A stretch of 64,000 nucleotides of DNA from Vulcanimicrobiota bacterium (GTDB taxonomy: Bacteria > Vulcanimicrobiota > Xenobia > Xenobiales > JADMJV01), in contig JBFWNU010000007.1 of NCBI GenBank assembly GCA_050250895.1, forward strand, positions 288,001 to 352,000, read 5' to 3'. Below, piece after piece: positions 46,862 through 56,258 of the stretch (the stretch's first letter is position 1; each line of letters starts with the position of its first letter). The notes beneath the pieces were generated by a model. That model was not told the origin of the DNA. It worked only from the letters and a program-made list of their open reading frames with translations, and made no database searches. The position numbers were made by a program, and so were the translations under genes.

Positions 46862-47689
46862 ATGGCTTCCACAGTTTGGAAAGGACACCTGACCTTCGGG
46901 CTGATTTCCGTCCCCGTTCGCTTGACGGTGGCGGCGCGCCCCAAGAGGGTTTCTTTTAATATGGTCAATCCCGACACCATGTCGCGGGTCAAGCAACAGC
47001 TCTTCGATCCGGTGACCGAGAAAGTCGTCGAGCGCAAATCACTGGTCAAAGGCGCCGAACTCGAAGACGGCAGCTATGTGCTAATCACCGACGAGGACAT
47101 CCGTAAGGTGACACCGGCCTCATCCAAAACGATGCAGGTGCTCGAGTTCGTCAAGCTTTCGGACGTCGATCCCATCTACTTTGACGACAGCTACTATATC
47201 TTGCCCGATGGCGAGGCCGGCGAAAAGCCTTACTTCTTGTTGGCCAAAGCCCTCGAAGTCGAGGGGTACGCGGCCATTGCACGCATGGTCAAGTCGCAAC
47301 GCGAGAGCATCGTGATTGTTCGGCCATCCAACGGCGGATTGGCCCTGCATACCCTGTTTTACGCCGATGAGGTGCGTCAGGCCGAGGGGTTCGGCGATCC
47401 CGGCAAGGTCGAGTTGCAAGAGCAAGAACTCGAACTGGGCAAGATGTTCATCCGGCAACTGGCCGCGGATTTCGAGCCCGAGAAGTACCACGACACCTAT
47501 CGGGCGGCACTAAACGAGATGATCGCAGCTCGAGCCCAGGGTCGCGAGGTTCAAGAGGTCTCGGCCCCGGCCGCGCCACCGGCTCTCGACCTGATGGCCG
47601 CGCTCAAAGCCAGCCTCGAGTTGCCCAAGAAGAAGCCCATGGCCGAAGTCGAACCCGAGGCCGAAGAAGCCCTGAGAAAGGCTCAGTAA
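46862..47689 (+). CDS. ku: Non-homologous end-joining protein Ku
   Basis: WKG.LTFGLISVPV, DPIYFD.SYY, YHDTYR and DLMAALKASL motifs; SD GGAGG. Confidence 0.95.
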   Translation: MASTVWKGHLTFGLISVPVRLTVAARPKRVSFNMVNPDTMSRVKQQLFDPVTEKVVERKSLVKGAELEDGSYVLITDEDIRKVTPASSKTMQVLEFVKLSDVDPIYFDDSYYILPDGEAGEKPYFLLAKALEVEGYAAIARMVKSQRESIVIVRPSNGGLALHTLFYADEVRQAEGFGDPGKVELQEQELELGKMFIRQLAADFEPEKYHDTYRAALNEMIAARAQGREVQEVSAPAAPPALDLMAALKASLELPKKKPMAEVEPEAEEALRKAQ

Positions 47690-47690
47690 A

Positions 47691-48536
47691 TTGGAGTATT
47701 TCTCCCGCAAGCGAGCGGGCGAGATTCTGGGGGTATCCCCGGGTCGGCTGCGCTATTGGGAGAAACTGGGTCTGGCCGAGTCCACCTCGAGCAACGGCGA
47801 ACAGTGCTATCCTCTGACCGAGTTGATCCGCCTGCGAGCGGTCGAGCGCCTGGTTCGCCAGGGGGCTCGGCCGCGGACCCTGGCCCAGCCTCAGCTACGC
47901 GAGAATCTGGGCACAGCCCGTCTCGAATGCCACGGACGTCGCCTGGTGGTGTTTTCCAACGGCCAGGGCGAAGAGGTGCTCAGCGGACAGCTGATGCTCG
48001 ACTTTGACGAGGCCGGCTCCGAGAGTCCGCCCCGTCGCCTGCGCCCCCGCCAGGACTGGCAGCAGGTGGCGGCCGAAGCCCGGGCCCGGGGCGACCTCGA
48101 GGCTGCCATCGAGGCTTTGAACGAGCTGGTTCGGCTGCGTCCAACTGATGTCGAGAGTCACAACCAGCTGGGGATTCTGTGGCTGGACGCGGGTCGTCCC
48201 GACGAGGCGGCGGGGGCGTTTCGTCATGCGTTGTGGTTGGCTCCGGGCAGCTCGGGGCTGCGCTTCAACCTGGCCAATGCCCTCGACGAAATGGGTGACC
48301 TCGAGGCGGCCCGGGGCGAGCTCGAGCGCGTGCTCTCGATGGACGCGAACTTCAAGGACGCTCACTTCAATCTGGCCCTGGTGCTCGAGAAGCTGGAGCG
48401 TGGCTTTGAGGCCTATCGACACTGGAAGCGCTACCTTCAGCTGGATCCAGCCGGTCCCTGGGCTGAAAAAGTGCGCTCCCTGTTGCGTCATCACACCGGT
48501 GGCGAGGTCATTCCGCTACGCCCGGGATGTCGCTAG
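47691..48536 (+). CDS. MerR-like HTH + tetratricopeptide-repeat protein
   Basis: A.EILGVSPGRLRYWEKLGL (HTH); GQLMLDF; about four TPRs (SHNQLG, FNLANAL, AHFNLALVL, WKRYLQLDP). Confidence 0.8.
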   Translation: MEYFSRKRAGEILGVSPGRLRYWEKLGLAESTSSNGEQCYPLTELIRLRAVERLVRQGARPRTLAQPQLRENLGTARLECHGRRLVVFSNGQGEEVLSGQLMLDFDEAGSESPPRRLRPRQDWQQVAAEARARGDLEAAIEALNELVRLRPTDVESHNQLGILWLDAGRPDEAAGAFRHALWLAPGSSGLRFNLANALDEMGDLEAARGELERVLSMDANFKDAHFNLALVLEKLERGFEAYRHWKRYLQLDPAGPWAEKVRSLLRHHTGGEVIPLRPGCR

Positions 48537-51019
48537 ATCAATATCGCCAGAAGCGCGATTTCGAAGCGACCTCCGAGCCGACTCCGGGCGAGCCGACGGT
48601 TTCCGGCGTGCGGCGCTTCTGTCTCCAGCGGCATCGGGCTCGCCGACTACACTATGATCTGCGACTCGAGTTCGAGGGGGTGCTCAAGTCGTGGGCTTTG
48701 CCCAAAGGGCCAACGCTGACGCCCCTCGAGAAGCGCTTGGCCGTGCCCACCGAAGACCACCCACTGGAATATCTCGAGTGGGAAGGGGTCATTCCTCCGG
48801 GACAGTACGGAGCCGGCACCATGCTGGTGTTCGATCGGGGTCACTACGAACTGTTGGGTGAGGGTGACATGGCCGCCCAACTCGAGCGCGGTGATCTCAA
48901 GCTTTGCTTGCATGGCCGCAAAGTTCGGGGAGAGTTTGCGCTGGTCAGGACCAGTTCGGACCAGTGGCTGATGATCAAGAAGAAAGACGCCATGGCCGAC
49001 CCGGCCTGGGAGCCGGAAGAGCACGTCTGGAGTGTGGTTAGCGGCTGCACCGAGGCCGAGATCGAAGCCGGCCGTCGCCGACCGGGTCCACATCTCACCA
49101 CCTGCCCCGACAAAGCGCGTCCCGCCGACCTGCCCACCAGCCTATCACCCATGTTGGCCCGCAATGCCAACCCGTTTGATAGTCCGGACTGGTTGTTCGA
49201 GATGAAGTGGGACGGTTTTCGAGCGTTGTGCTTTGGTCAGGACGGCCGCTTGCGAGTGATGACCCGGCGCGGCAATTCGCTGACGCGACAGTTTCCCGAG
49301 TTGGAGCGGCTCAAGACCCAGGTGGCGGCCGAGAGTTTCTTGCTCGACGGCGAGTTGGTAGCCCTCGATGACGAAGGCGTTCCCGACTTTCAAAAGCTGT
49401 TACCCAGGATGCACTCCGAGCACCGGGCGACGGTGGCTCAACTGGCCAGGACCCGACCGGCCGTGCTCTATCTCTTTGATGTGCTCCATCTCGACGGGTT
49501 CGACCTGACCGGGATGCCGTTGGTCGAGCGTCGTCGTCTGTTGCTCGAAGTGGTTCGCCCCGATGGCGTGATTCGCATTTCGGACACCATCGAGGAGCAC
49601 GGCAGGGCCTTTTTCGAACTGGTTCGAGAACGCGGTCTGGAAGGCATCGTGGCTAAGCGCAAGGCCAGCAGCTACACTTGTGGTCGCAGCGATGATTGGC
49701 TCAAGATCAAGGTCAGCCAGACCCTGGACTGCCTGGTTTGCGGCTTTACGGCCCCCAAGGGCGGACGCATCCGCTTCGGCTCGCTGGTATTGGGGCGGTT
49801 TCGCGAGGGCAAGTTGGTGCATGTGGGCAACGCCGGCTCGGGCTTTAGCCAGGCTTTGTTACAAGAGGTGAGCGAGAGTTTGAGCGAACTCGTCATCGAC
49901 ACCTGCCCTCTCGAGCCGGTCCCCAAGCTCGACGATCCGGTCACCTGGGTGCGCCCCGAGTTGGTCTGCGAGGTGAAATACGCTGGCTGGAGCGACTCGG
50001 GAGTGATCCGCTTCCCGGTCTTTTTACGCCTGCGACCCGACCTGCGGGCCGACGATTGTCGACCCCGCCAGGCCCCGCTACCGGTGGCCATCCGCAAGTC
50101 GGGGGTGGTCTATCGCGAGGTGGACGGCTACCGGCTAAAACTCACCAATCTCGAAAAGGTGCTGTTTCCGGCTGACGGAATTACCAAAGGTGACCTGGTC
50201 GACTATTACGACCGGGTGGCCGGTCTGATTTTGCCTCATCTCAAGGACCGGGTTCTTTCCCTCAAGCGTTATCCCGACGGGATCGAAGGCGACTTCTTTT
50301 TCCAGAAACGGCCTCGCAACGAGTTTCCCGAGTGGATCGAGACGGCCGAGTTGGAAAAGTCCGACGGTACCGAAGTGGAGGGAATCCTCTGTAACAACCG
50401 GGCCACTTTGCTCTATCTGGCCAACCTGGCTTGCATCGACCAAAATCCGACCTTGAGCCGGGTGGGCACTCTCGAACAGCCCGACGTGATCCTATTTGAT
50501 CTCGACCCCTCGGATTGTAGCTTCGCCGAGATGATCGAGGCCGCTCAAATCCTGGAGGGGATTCTCACCAGCCTTGGGCTGAAGTCGTTTCCCAAGACCA
50601 GCGGCTCTCGGGGTATCCACATCTATGTGCCGGTCGGACCGGGCTATAGCTTCGATCAGACGCGCTTGTTCGTCCAGGTGGTGATCCAGGTGGCGGCGGG
50701 TCTTCGCCGTGACCTGTTCACTCTGCCTCGGGTGCCAGGCAAGCGGGCCCCGGGTAAGGTGTACATCGACTATCCGCAGAACCGCAAGGGTGGGACCACT
50801 GCAGGGCCTTACGTGGTTCGAGCCGTGGCCGGAGCCCCGGTTTCTACCCCCCTGGCATGGTCAGAGCTTAAAGCCGACCTGGATTTCCACGCCTTTAACC
50901 TGCGCACCGCCCCGGCCCGGTTTGAAAAGGTCGGAGACTTGCTGGCGCCGGTCCTGACTCTCAAACAGCGCCTGGAGGAGCCCATCGCCCGGCTCGAGGC
51001 CATGCTCGTGTCGGGCTAG
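48527..51019 (+). CDS. ligD: DNA ligase D (phosphoesterase-ligase-polymerase)
   Basis: Y..KRDF..T.EP and HRARRLHYDLRLE (PE); EMKWDG and EGIVAK (LIG); RYPDG, FDLDP and KTSGSRGIH (POL). Confidence 0.95.
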   Translation: MSLDQYRQKRDFEATSEPTPGEPTVSGVRRFCLQRHRARRLHYDLRLEFEGVLKSWALPKGPTLTPLEKRLAVPTEDHPLEYLEWEGVIPPGQYGAGTMLVFDRGHYELLGEGDMAAQLERGDLKLCLHGRKVRGEFALVRTSSDQWLMIKKKDAMADPAWEPEEHVWSVVSGCTEAEIEAGRRRPGPHLTTCPDKARPADLPTSLSPMLARNANPFDSPDWLFEMKWDGFRALCFGQDGRLRVMTRRGNSLTRQFPELERLKTQVAAESFLLDGELVALDDEGVPDFQKLLPRMHSEHRATVAQLARTRPAVLYLFDVLHLDGFDLTGMPLVERRRLLLEVVRPDGVIRISDTIEEHGRAFFELVRERGLEGIVAKRKASSYTCGRSDDWLKIKVSQTLDCLVCGFTAPKGGRIRFGSLVLGRFREGKLVHVGNAGSGFSQALLQEVSESLSELVIDTCPLEPVPKLDDPVTWVRPELVCEVKYAGWSDSGVIRFPVFLRLRPDLRADDCRPRQAPLPVAIRKSGVVYREVDGYRLKLTNLEKVLFPADGITKGDLVDYYDRVAGLILPHLKDRVLSLKRYPDGIEGDFFFQKRPRNEFPEWIETAELEKSDGTEVEGILCNNRATLLYLANLACIDQNPTLSRVGTLEQPDVILFDLDPSDCSFAEMIEAAQILEGILTSLGLKSFPKTSGSRGIHIYVPVGPGYSFDQTRLFVQVVIQVAAGLRRDLFTLPRVPGKRAPGKVYIDYPQNRKGGTTAGPYVVRAVAGAPVSTPLAWSELKADLDFHAFNLRTAPARFEKVGDLLAPVLTLKQRLEEPIARLEAMLVSG

Positions 51020-52011
51020 CGGCTCAACCGATAGGTATGGTCATTCCAACCGGGACCATCGCTACTAACCCGATCTTGCCCGTAGGTGAGGGTGTAGTCA
51101 TCCCAGCCGGGACCGTCGACTTCGATGCGGTTGCCGTGACGCGTCAAGTCGTAGTCGTTCAAGCCGGGGCCGTCGATCTGAATCAGGTCGCCCCGGCGGG
51201 TAATCGTGGTGTCGTTCCACAACGGCCCGTCGACCTCGATGCGATCAGGCGAGCGTTTGATATCGAAGCTGCCGGCGAACCCCGGCAACTGCACCCGCAC
51301 GACGTTGCCGTCGGCGCGGATACTGTAATCGTTCCAGAGAGGGCCATCAGCCCGGGTCTGATTGCCGGCCCGGACGAAGTCGAATCCACCCCCCACGTTG
51401 GGGCCGCGCAGGGTGGCCTTCGACCCGTCTTCATGGACGGTGTAGTTGTCCCACAGAGGCCCGTCGATCTCGATGCGTCCGCCGCTGCGGGTGATGTCGA
51501 AGTCGGCGCCCAGACGGCCGCGAGCCTCGAGTCGACTGTAGTCGTTGATCGCTGAGGTCTCGTCGAAAGCCAGGCTCGGCACCAACACCAGATTGCCGTT
51601 GGTGTCGTGGAACAGACCCTGGCCCAGATAGATGCCAAAGGCGGAGTAGGGGACGTTCTCGGTATCACCGTCGGAGTCTTCGGTGGTCTGGCGCATCAGG
51701 TCCACCCGGGGCAAGCCGTGCGGGATCACCCGGAAACTCGGATCGGGCAGCGTCAGGCTGTCACTCATCGATTGGCTCAAGCTGGCTTCGGCAGGAGCAG
51801 CCTGGGCGGTTGCGGCCAGACCCAGCAGGGCACCGGTCACGGCCAATCCTGCCAGCGCACCCTGGGCCAGCCAGTGCCGGTCTGTCTGCAGGGGAGCCGG
51901 GTCGGTCTGCACCCGCAGGTCCACCGGGCCCGGAGCGGGTTGTTGGTCGGCCCCTGGCGGGGTCAGGCGTCGGAGGGCGAGTGGTTGGACCCCTTCTGCT
52001 TTACGAACCAT
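51016..52011 (-). CDS. Repeat protein with nine ~19-aa DGPxWND-type beta repeats
   Basis: Repeats such as RIEVDGPLWNDTTITRRGD in the C-terminal half; internal signal-like helix ending ATAQA. Confidence 0.7.
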   Translation of the reverse strand: MVRKAEGVQPLALRRLTPPGADQQPAPGPVDLRVQTDPAPLQTDRHWLAQGALAGLAVTGALLGLAATAQAAPAEASLSQSMSDSLTLPDPSFRVIPHGLPRVDLMRQTTEDSDGDTENVPYSAFGIYLGQGLFHDTNGNLVLVPSLAFDETSAINDYSRLEARGRLGADFDITRSGGRIEIDGPLWDNYTVHEDGSKATLRGPNVGGGFDFVRAGNQTRADGPLWNDYSIRADGNVVRVQLPGFAGSFDIKRSPDRIEVDGPLWNDTTITRRGDLIQIDGPGLNDYDLTRHGNRIEVDGPGWDDYTLTYGQDRVSSDGPGWNDHTYRLSR

Positions 52012-52087
52012 GGTTGCACGTTAGGCAAGTCGGGCCGCCGAGGGTTTGCCGCCAGGTTAACTTTTGCAGAGCGTGGAAAGGGACGGG

Positions 52088-52375
52088 ATGAAGTGTCCAT
52101 CTTGCGGGCAACGCTGCGAAGGCAAATCGCGTTGCCCAAAATGCGGCCGCACCCTGAGTCCCGGAGGTGGGTCACGCTCTAGGCTGTGGTTGATCTTGCT
52201 GAGCCTGGTGCTGGTGGCCATGGTAGGGGCCGGAGTCGCCTTTTGGATGCACCCTGAGTGGCTGCCTCCGTCGGTGCGAGAGCGCCTCATGCCACCACCG
52301 GCCTCACAGACCAGCTCGGTGACGGCGGATCAGATTGCCCAGATAGGCTGTGGACCACAGCTGATAGGTATTTGA
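52088..52375 (+). CDS. Small zinc-ribbon membrane protein
   Basis: MKCPSCG...CPKCG followed by one TM helix; 3' end overlaps the convergent gene. Confidence 0.55.
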   Translation: MKCPSCGQRCEGKSRCPKCGRTLSPGGGSRSRLWLILLSLVLVAMVGAGVAFWMHPEWLPPSVRERLMPPPASQTSSVTADQIAQIGCGPQLIGI

Positions 52376-54256
52376 TTCGGTCTCGTCGCCGGCCGCGCCG
52401 TAGGCGACCGCCTTCCAGCCGGAAGGACCCACTTTGAAGCCCCAGAGTTCGGTGTTGGCCAGCCTTCCGGCTTGCCCTTCGGCTCGCGCCAGACTGGCCA
52501 GGGCGGCCTCCAGTCGCGGAGCCAGGGCAGGGTAAGCCTCTCGTTGCTTGAGCAGGCCGGCCGTCAATAGAGCTGATTGCCACGACCAGATCACGGTTCC
52601 GTGATAAGAGTTGTGGCCCAGGCTCTTCCAGTGTTTGGTATTGATGCTAAAAGCCGGATTGGCGGCCAGCGGGCCCACGGGCGTCATGATGCCGACGGGG
52701 TAGGGCAGCTCGAGCAGCGTCAACATCTGCTCGACCCGCTCCTGGCTGGGATTGGAAAAAAACAACAGAAACCCGATGTCGCTGTTGACCACCTCGACGG
52801 GTTTGCCGGCGGCGTCGAGCGACAGGGCCGGAAAGGTCAGCCCGGCGGCCGGGCCGGGCCAGGCTGCCCCCTCCAAGAATTTCGCCACGGTGACACCCGA
52901 GGCCAGGCTTTCGGCTTTGAGGGCGCCTTGCTCTTCGGCTGGCAACGAAGCCAGATAGGCGGTCAGTCGAGTGCGCAAGGTGAGGGGGTCGATGGTGACC
53001 CAGAAGGGCTGCGCCAGACCCGGCCAGCGAGCCAGTTGGGCCTCAGCCCGGGCCACTTGAGCCGGTTTGCCACTGCGCCGAACGGCCTCTAGAGCGGCCG
53101 GGACCAGGCAGAAGTTGACGTTGCCCGAATAGACGCCACCGCCCATGCCTTCTTCCGAATCACGCCAGTCGCCCACTTTAAGGCCCGGGCCGATGGGCAC
53201 CAGGCCCTGCTCTGCTTGGCTGAGGACCAGTTCTCGGTTGAGGTCGAGCTTGGCCGAATCCAGGCTGGCGATCTGTTGGGCGTCGAGCACCTCGAGCACG
53301 ACGATGGGCAAGAGAAAGTCGTCGTCCACCATCTTGTAGTCATAGATGGGCTCGGCGCTGACCTCGCCTTGACGCAGGTGTTGATAGAGCGCCCACTCGC
53401 CGAGGTCTTCCTCGTGGGCGACCTGGCCCTGGGGTGAGAGTCGGGCCAACACGCTCTGGATCCCGGCCATCTTGACTGGAGCCTTGACAGCTGGCGCCAG
53501 CAGCGCCAGGCTGATGAGGGTGTCGCGGCCGAAATAGGTGAGAAAGCGCCACGAGCCCGCCATGAACTTTTCGCGGCTGACCAGAAATCGCAGCGCCCTG
53601 CGCGCCTGGGTCCCACGCTCGTCAAGTAGAGCTTCGGTTTCGGGAGTGATCAGCTTGCCCTCGAACTCGGGCAGGGGCTCGAACGGCAGATGAATGCGCA
53701 GGGTAACCGGAAACGCTGCCGGAGCCGTAAACTCGAAGCCGCCACGGTCGGGAGCCGCGTCGACCTGGGGCGGAAAAGTCCAGACAGCCTGGCAGAGAGC
53801 TCCCGTGAACAGCTTGCGTCGCACCGTCAGTCGACCGGTATCGCTGATCGTCGCCTCACGACAGCGCTCGTCCTCGAGCCCCGCTTTGTTTCGCTCTTGA
53901 CGGACGCGATTGCCGAACTGGGGATCGTGACTCCGTTCGCGGATAGCCCGCAGGCTATCGATCATCACATCCTGGCAGCGCAGTCCGGGCTTGATTTCGG
54001 CCTCGATGACGATGGCCTGGCCGGTCTGAACTTTCTCAGGAGAAACCGACTTGATGACGAGTTTGTCGGGTTGGTCGAGCCAGAAGGCTACCCCCGAGTT
54101 TTCGGCGGGAAAGGCGGCCACCAACCGGCCGTCCTTGAAGGTGACATGGCATGCCATTCCTTCCTCGGATAGGATCCACTCGGCCTGGTGGCTGGTTTGG
54201 GACCAGGCAGGGCCGCAGGCCAGCAGCAGCAACAGCAAAAGAGAAAGTTTCGGCAT
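52304..54256 (-). CDS. Secreted six-hairpin glycosidase-like (glycogen-debranching-related) protein
   Basis: Signal peptide; AGSWRFLTYFGRDT, AHEEDLGE, DYKMVDDD, WRDS and YHGTVIWSWQ motifs. Confidence 0.7.
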   Translation of the reverse strand: MPKLSLLLLLLLACGPAWSQTSHQAEWILSEEGMACHVTFKDGRLVAAFPAENSGVAFWLDQPDKLVIKSVSPEKVQTGQAIVIEAEIKPGLRCQDVMIDSLRAIRERSHDPQFGNRVRQERNKAGLEDERCREATISDTGRLTVRRKLFTGALCQAVWTFPPQVDAAPDRGGFEFTAPAAFPVTLRIHLPFEPLPEFEGKLITPETEALLDERGTQARRALRFLVSREKFMAGSWRFLTYFGRDTLISLALLAPAVKAPVKMAGIQSVLARLSPQGQVAHEEDLGEWALYQHLRQGEVSAEPIYDYKMVDDDFLLPIVVLEVLDAQQIASLDSAKLDLNRELVLSQAEQGLVPIGPGLKVGDWRDSEEGMGGGVYSGNVNFCLVPAALEAVRRSGKPAQVARAEAQLARWPGLAQPFWVTIDPLTLRTRLTAYLASLPAEEQGALKAESLASGVTVAKFLEGAAWPGPAAGLTFPALSLDAAGKPVEVVNSDIGFLLFFSNPSQERVEQMLTLLELPYPVGIMTPVGPLAANPAFSINTKHWKSLGHNSYHGTVIWSWQSALLTAGLLKQREAYPALAPRLEAALASLARAEGQAGRLANTELWGFKVGPSGWKAVAYGAAGDETESNTYQLWSTAYLGNLIRRHRAGL

Positions 54257-54295
54257 CGATGAGCGTTCGCCCTCGAGGGCAAAGCTCTTGCAAGC

Positions 54296-54862
54296 TCACC
54301 ACCGGCACTCTGACTTTAGGGCCCGGGCCAACTGGCGGTGGTATTCTCGCCGGCTGATGAGGACCGAACCAAAGGCCTGCATGTGGGCCGATTGCTGCTG
54401 GCAATCGAGCAACCCGAACCCTCGCTCGCGCAGATGCTCGACCAGATGGACCACGCACGCCTTCGATGCATCGCTGGCCCGATGAAACATCGACTCGCCG
54501 AAGAAGGCGCCTCCCAGGACCACCCCATAGAGGCCCCCCACCAGGCGGTTTTCCTTCCAGGCCTCGACCGTCCTCACAAAGCCGCGCTCGAAAAGCCGGC
54601 TGTAGATGGCGATGATCTCCTCCGAGATCCAGGTGCTGGCGCGATCGGCGCAGCCCCGAATCACCCCCTCGAAATCGCGATCTCGACAAAGCTCGAACGG
54701 CTGGGATTTGAGTCTTCTGGCCAGCCTGGCGGGGCAGTGAAAACGCTCCAGGGGCAACACCGCTCTTGGATAAGCGGTATAGAAGGAATAGCCGCCCCCC
54801 TCGTCGGCCATCGGAAACAGGCCCTGGGTATAGCCAAGCAAGACCTCTTCGAGCGGGTTCAC
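54296..54862 (-). CDS. aat: Leucyl/phenylalanyl-tRNA--protein transferase
   Basis: Y.QGLFPM, LVGGLYGV..G.AFFGESMFH...ASK and LLDCQ motifs. Confidence 0.93.
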   Translation of the reverse strand: MNPLEEVLLGYTQGLFPMADEGGGYSFYTAYPRAVLPLERFHCPARLARRLKSQPFELCRDRDFEGVIRGCADRASTWISEEIIAIYSRLFERGFVRTVEAWKENRLVGGLYGVVLGGAFFGESMFHRASDASKACVVHLVEHLRERGFGLLDCQQQSAHMQAFGSVLISRREYHRQLARALKSECRW

Positions 54863-56121
54863 TGGCGGGGACCGAGTACCTCGAACACTTCGACCGTGCT
54901 ACGTCGACCGCGAATCTCGCTGGTCCCCAGGCTGCGCGTCTCGAAGTCGTCGCGGACCTGTTGCTCGGTCGAACCTGCGATCAACACGTGCGCGTTGAAC
55001 TCGCGGGTCAGCTTCTCGATGCGCGAGGCCACGTTGGTGGTGTCGCCCATGGCCGCAAACTCGCGATGCCCGGTCACCCCGACATCACCGACCATGACCT
55101 CGCCGCTGGCGATGCCGATCCCGATCCTGAGCGACGGGCGATTCTGGCTCGCCCAGTTCTGGTTGAGTTGATCGAGGGCGACCAGCATCTTCAGCCCGGC
55201 CTGGACGGCGTGCAGGGCGTGGTCCTCGTCGGCATCCTCGGCCTGGGCGCCGAAGACTGCCATCATCGCGTCTCCGAGATAGGTCATCAAGATGCCCTGG
55301 TGGGCTACGATCACCGAGCCCAGACTCTTGTAGACCTCGTTAAGCTGGCTGATGGTCTCTTCCAGCGGGCGGCTCTCGGCCAACCTGGTGTAGTCCCAGA
55401 TATCAGAAAAGAGGATGGTGGCTTCTTTGGGCAGCAGAGCTCGGGGTCGGGTGGTCGCCTTGTAAGTGCGAAAGCGAAGCAGTTGTTGCCCGATCTGAAT
55501 CAGGTCCTCGTCTTTGAGGATGCGCATGCCTTCGACCGGCTCGGCGTTGATCCAGGTCGGGTTGTCCGATTCGGGGCGCAGGGCAAAGACCCCGTCTTTG
55601 CTTTCAATGGTAGCGTGCACCCGCGAGACGGTGCGGTCGTCGAGGGTCACGATATTCTGGCGGCGCCCCTCACGGCCGATGGTGGCGGACTCGGTCAGGG
55701 TCCAGTGTTGGCGTCGATGGGGCTCGGTGTAACCCTCGAGAAAGGCCACATCTTCGCGCAATCGCACCAGCCGCACCTTTACCGAGGCGATGGTCAATTC
55801 GTCGTTGGGCTTGAGTTGGCGGAAGGTGGCCACCTCGCCGTTGACCTGGATGGGGAAGGCGGGATTGATGTTGTTGAAATAGACCTGGCCCTGAATCAGC
55901 TTGAGCAGACCCTGGCGATTGGCCACCCCCGGTTCGTTCACCTCGATGTCGTTGTGCTTGTCACCCTCGCAACCGATGGTCATGTGCGAGTAGCATAGGG
56001 GGACGCGCCGCTCTCCGTCGGGACCGATCAGGTGCAGGTCAAATCCGGTCCGCAGCCATTGGCGCTCGGCGGAGAGGACGGTGTGGTCGGTCCGGATAGT
56101 GGAACGGTCGGAGTCGCTCAT
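54859..56121 (-). CDS. Tandem FHA domains + class III adenylate/guanylate cyclase
   Basis: IGR...VSRVHA (FHA); ILFSDI, YLGDAMMAVFG and GDTTNVASRIE (cyclase). Confidence 0.88.
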   Translation of the reverse strand: MSDSDRSTIRTDHTVLSAERQWLRTGFDLHLIGPDGERRVPLCYSHMTIGCEGDKHNDIEVNEPGVANRQGLLKLIQGQVYFNNINPAFPIQVNGEVATFRQLKPNDELTIASVKVRLVRLREDVAFLEGYTEPHRRQHWTLTESATIGREGRRQNIVTLDDRTVSRVHATIESKDGVFALRPESDNPTWINAEPVEGMRILKDEDLIQIGQQLLRFRTYKATTRPRALLPKEATILFSDIWDYTRLAESRPLEETISQLNEVYKSLGSVIVAHQGILMTYLGDAMMAVFGAQAEDADEDHALHAVQAGLKMLVALDQLNQNWASQNRPSLRIGIGIASGEVMVGDVGVTGHREFAAMGDTTNVASRIEKLTREFNAHVLIAGSTEQQVRDDFETRSLGTSEIRGRRSTVEVFEVLGPRQ

Positions 56122-56258
56122 AGACCCCGCTGCTTTCTGCGCTGGCCCGGTTCTCCCTGGTGACGAGATGACAAGGTATGTCGCGGTTACGGACTCTGCG
56201 GTCAAGCGGCAGCCAGCGGCCCACAGGACACCACCTGCCCTCGTGGAACCTTGTCCGA

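Noticed and set aside
51030-51530. Periodic DNA repeats (GGCCCGTCGA-like, ~57-bp period) as a possible CRISPR array
   Set aside because: The repeats are degenerate, in frame and explained by a protein repeat; no cas genes are present.
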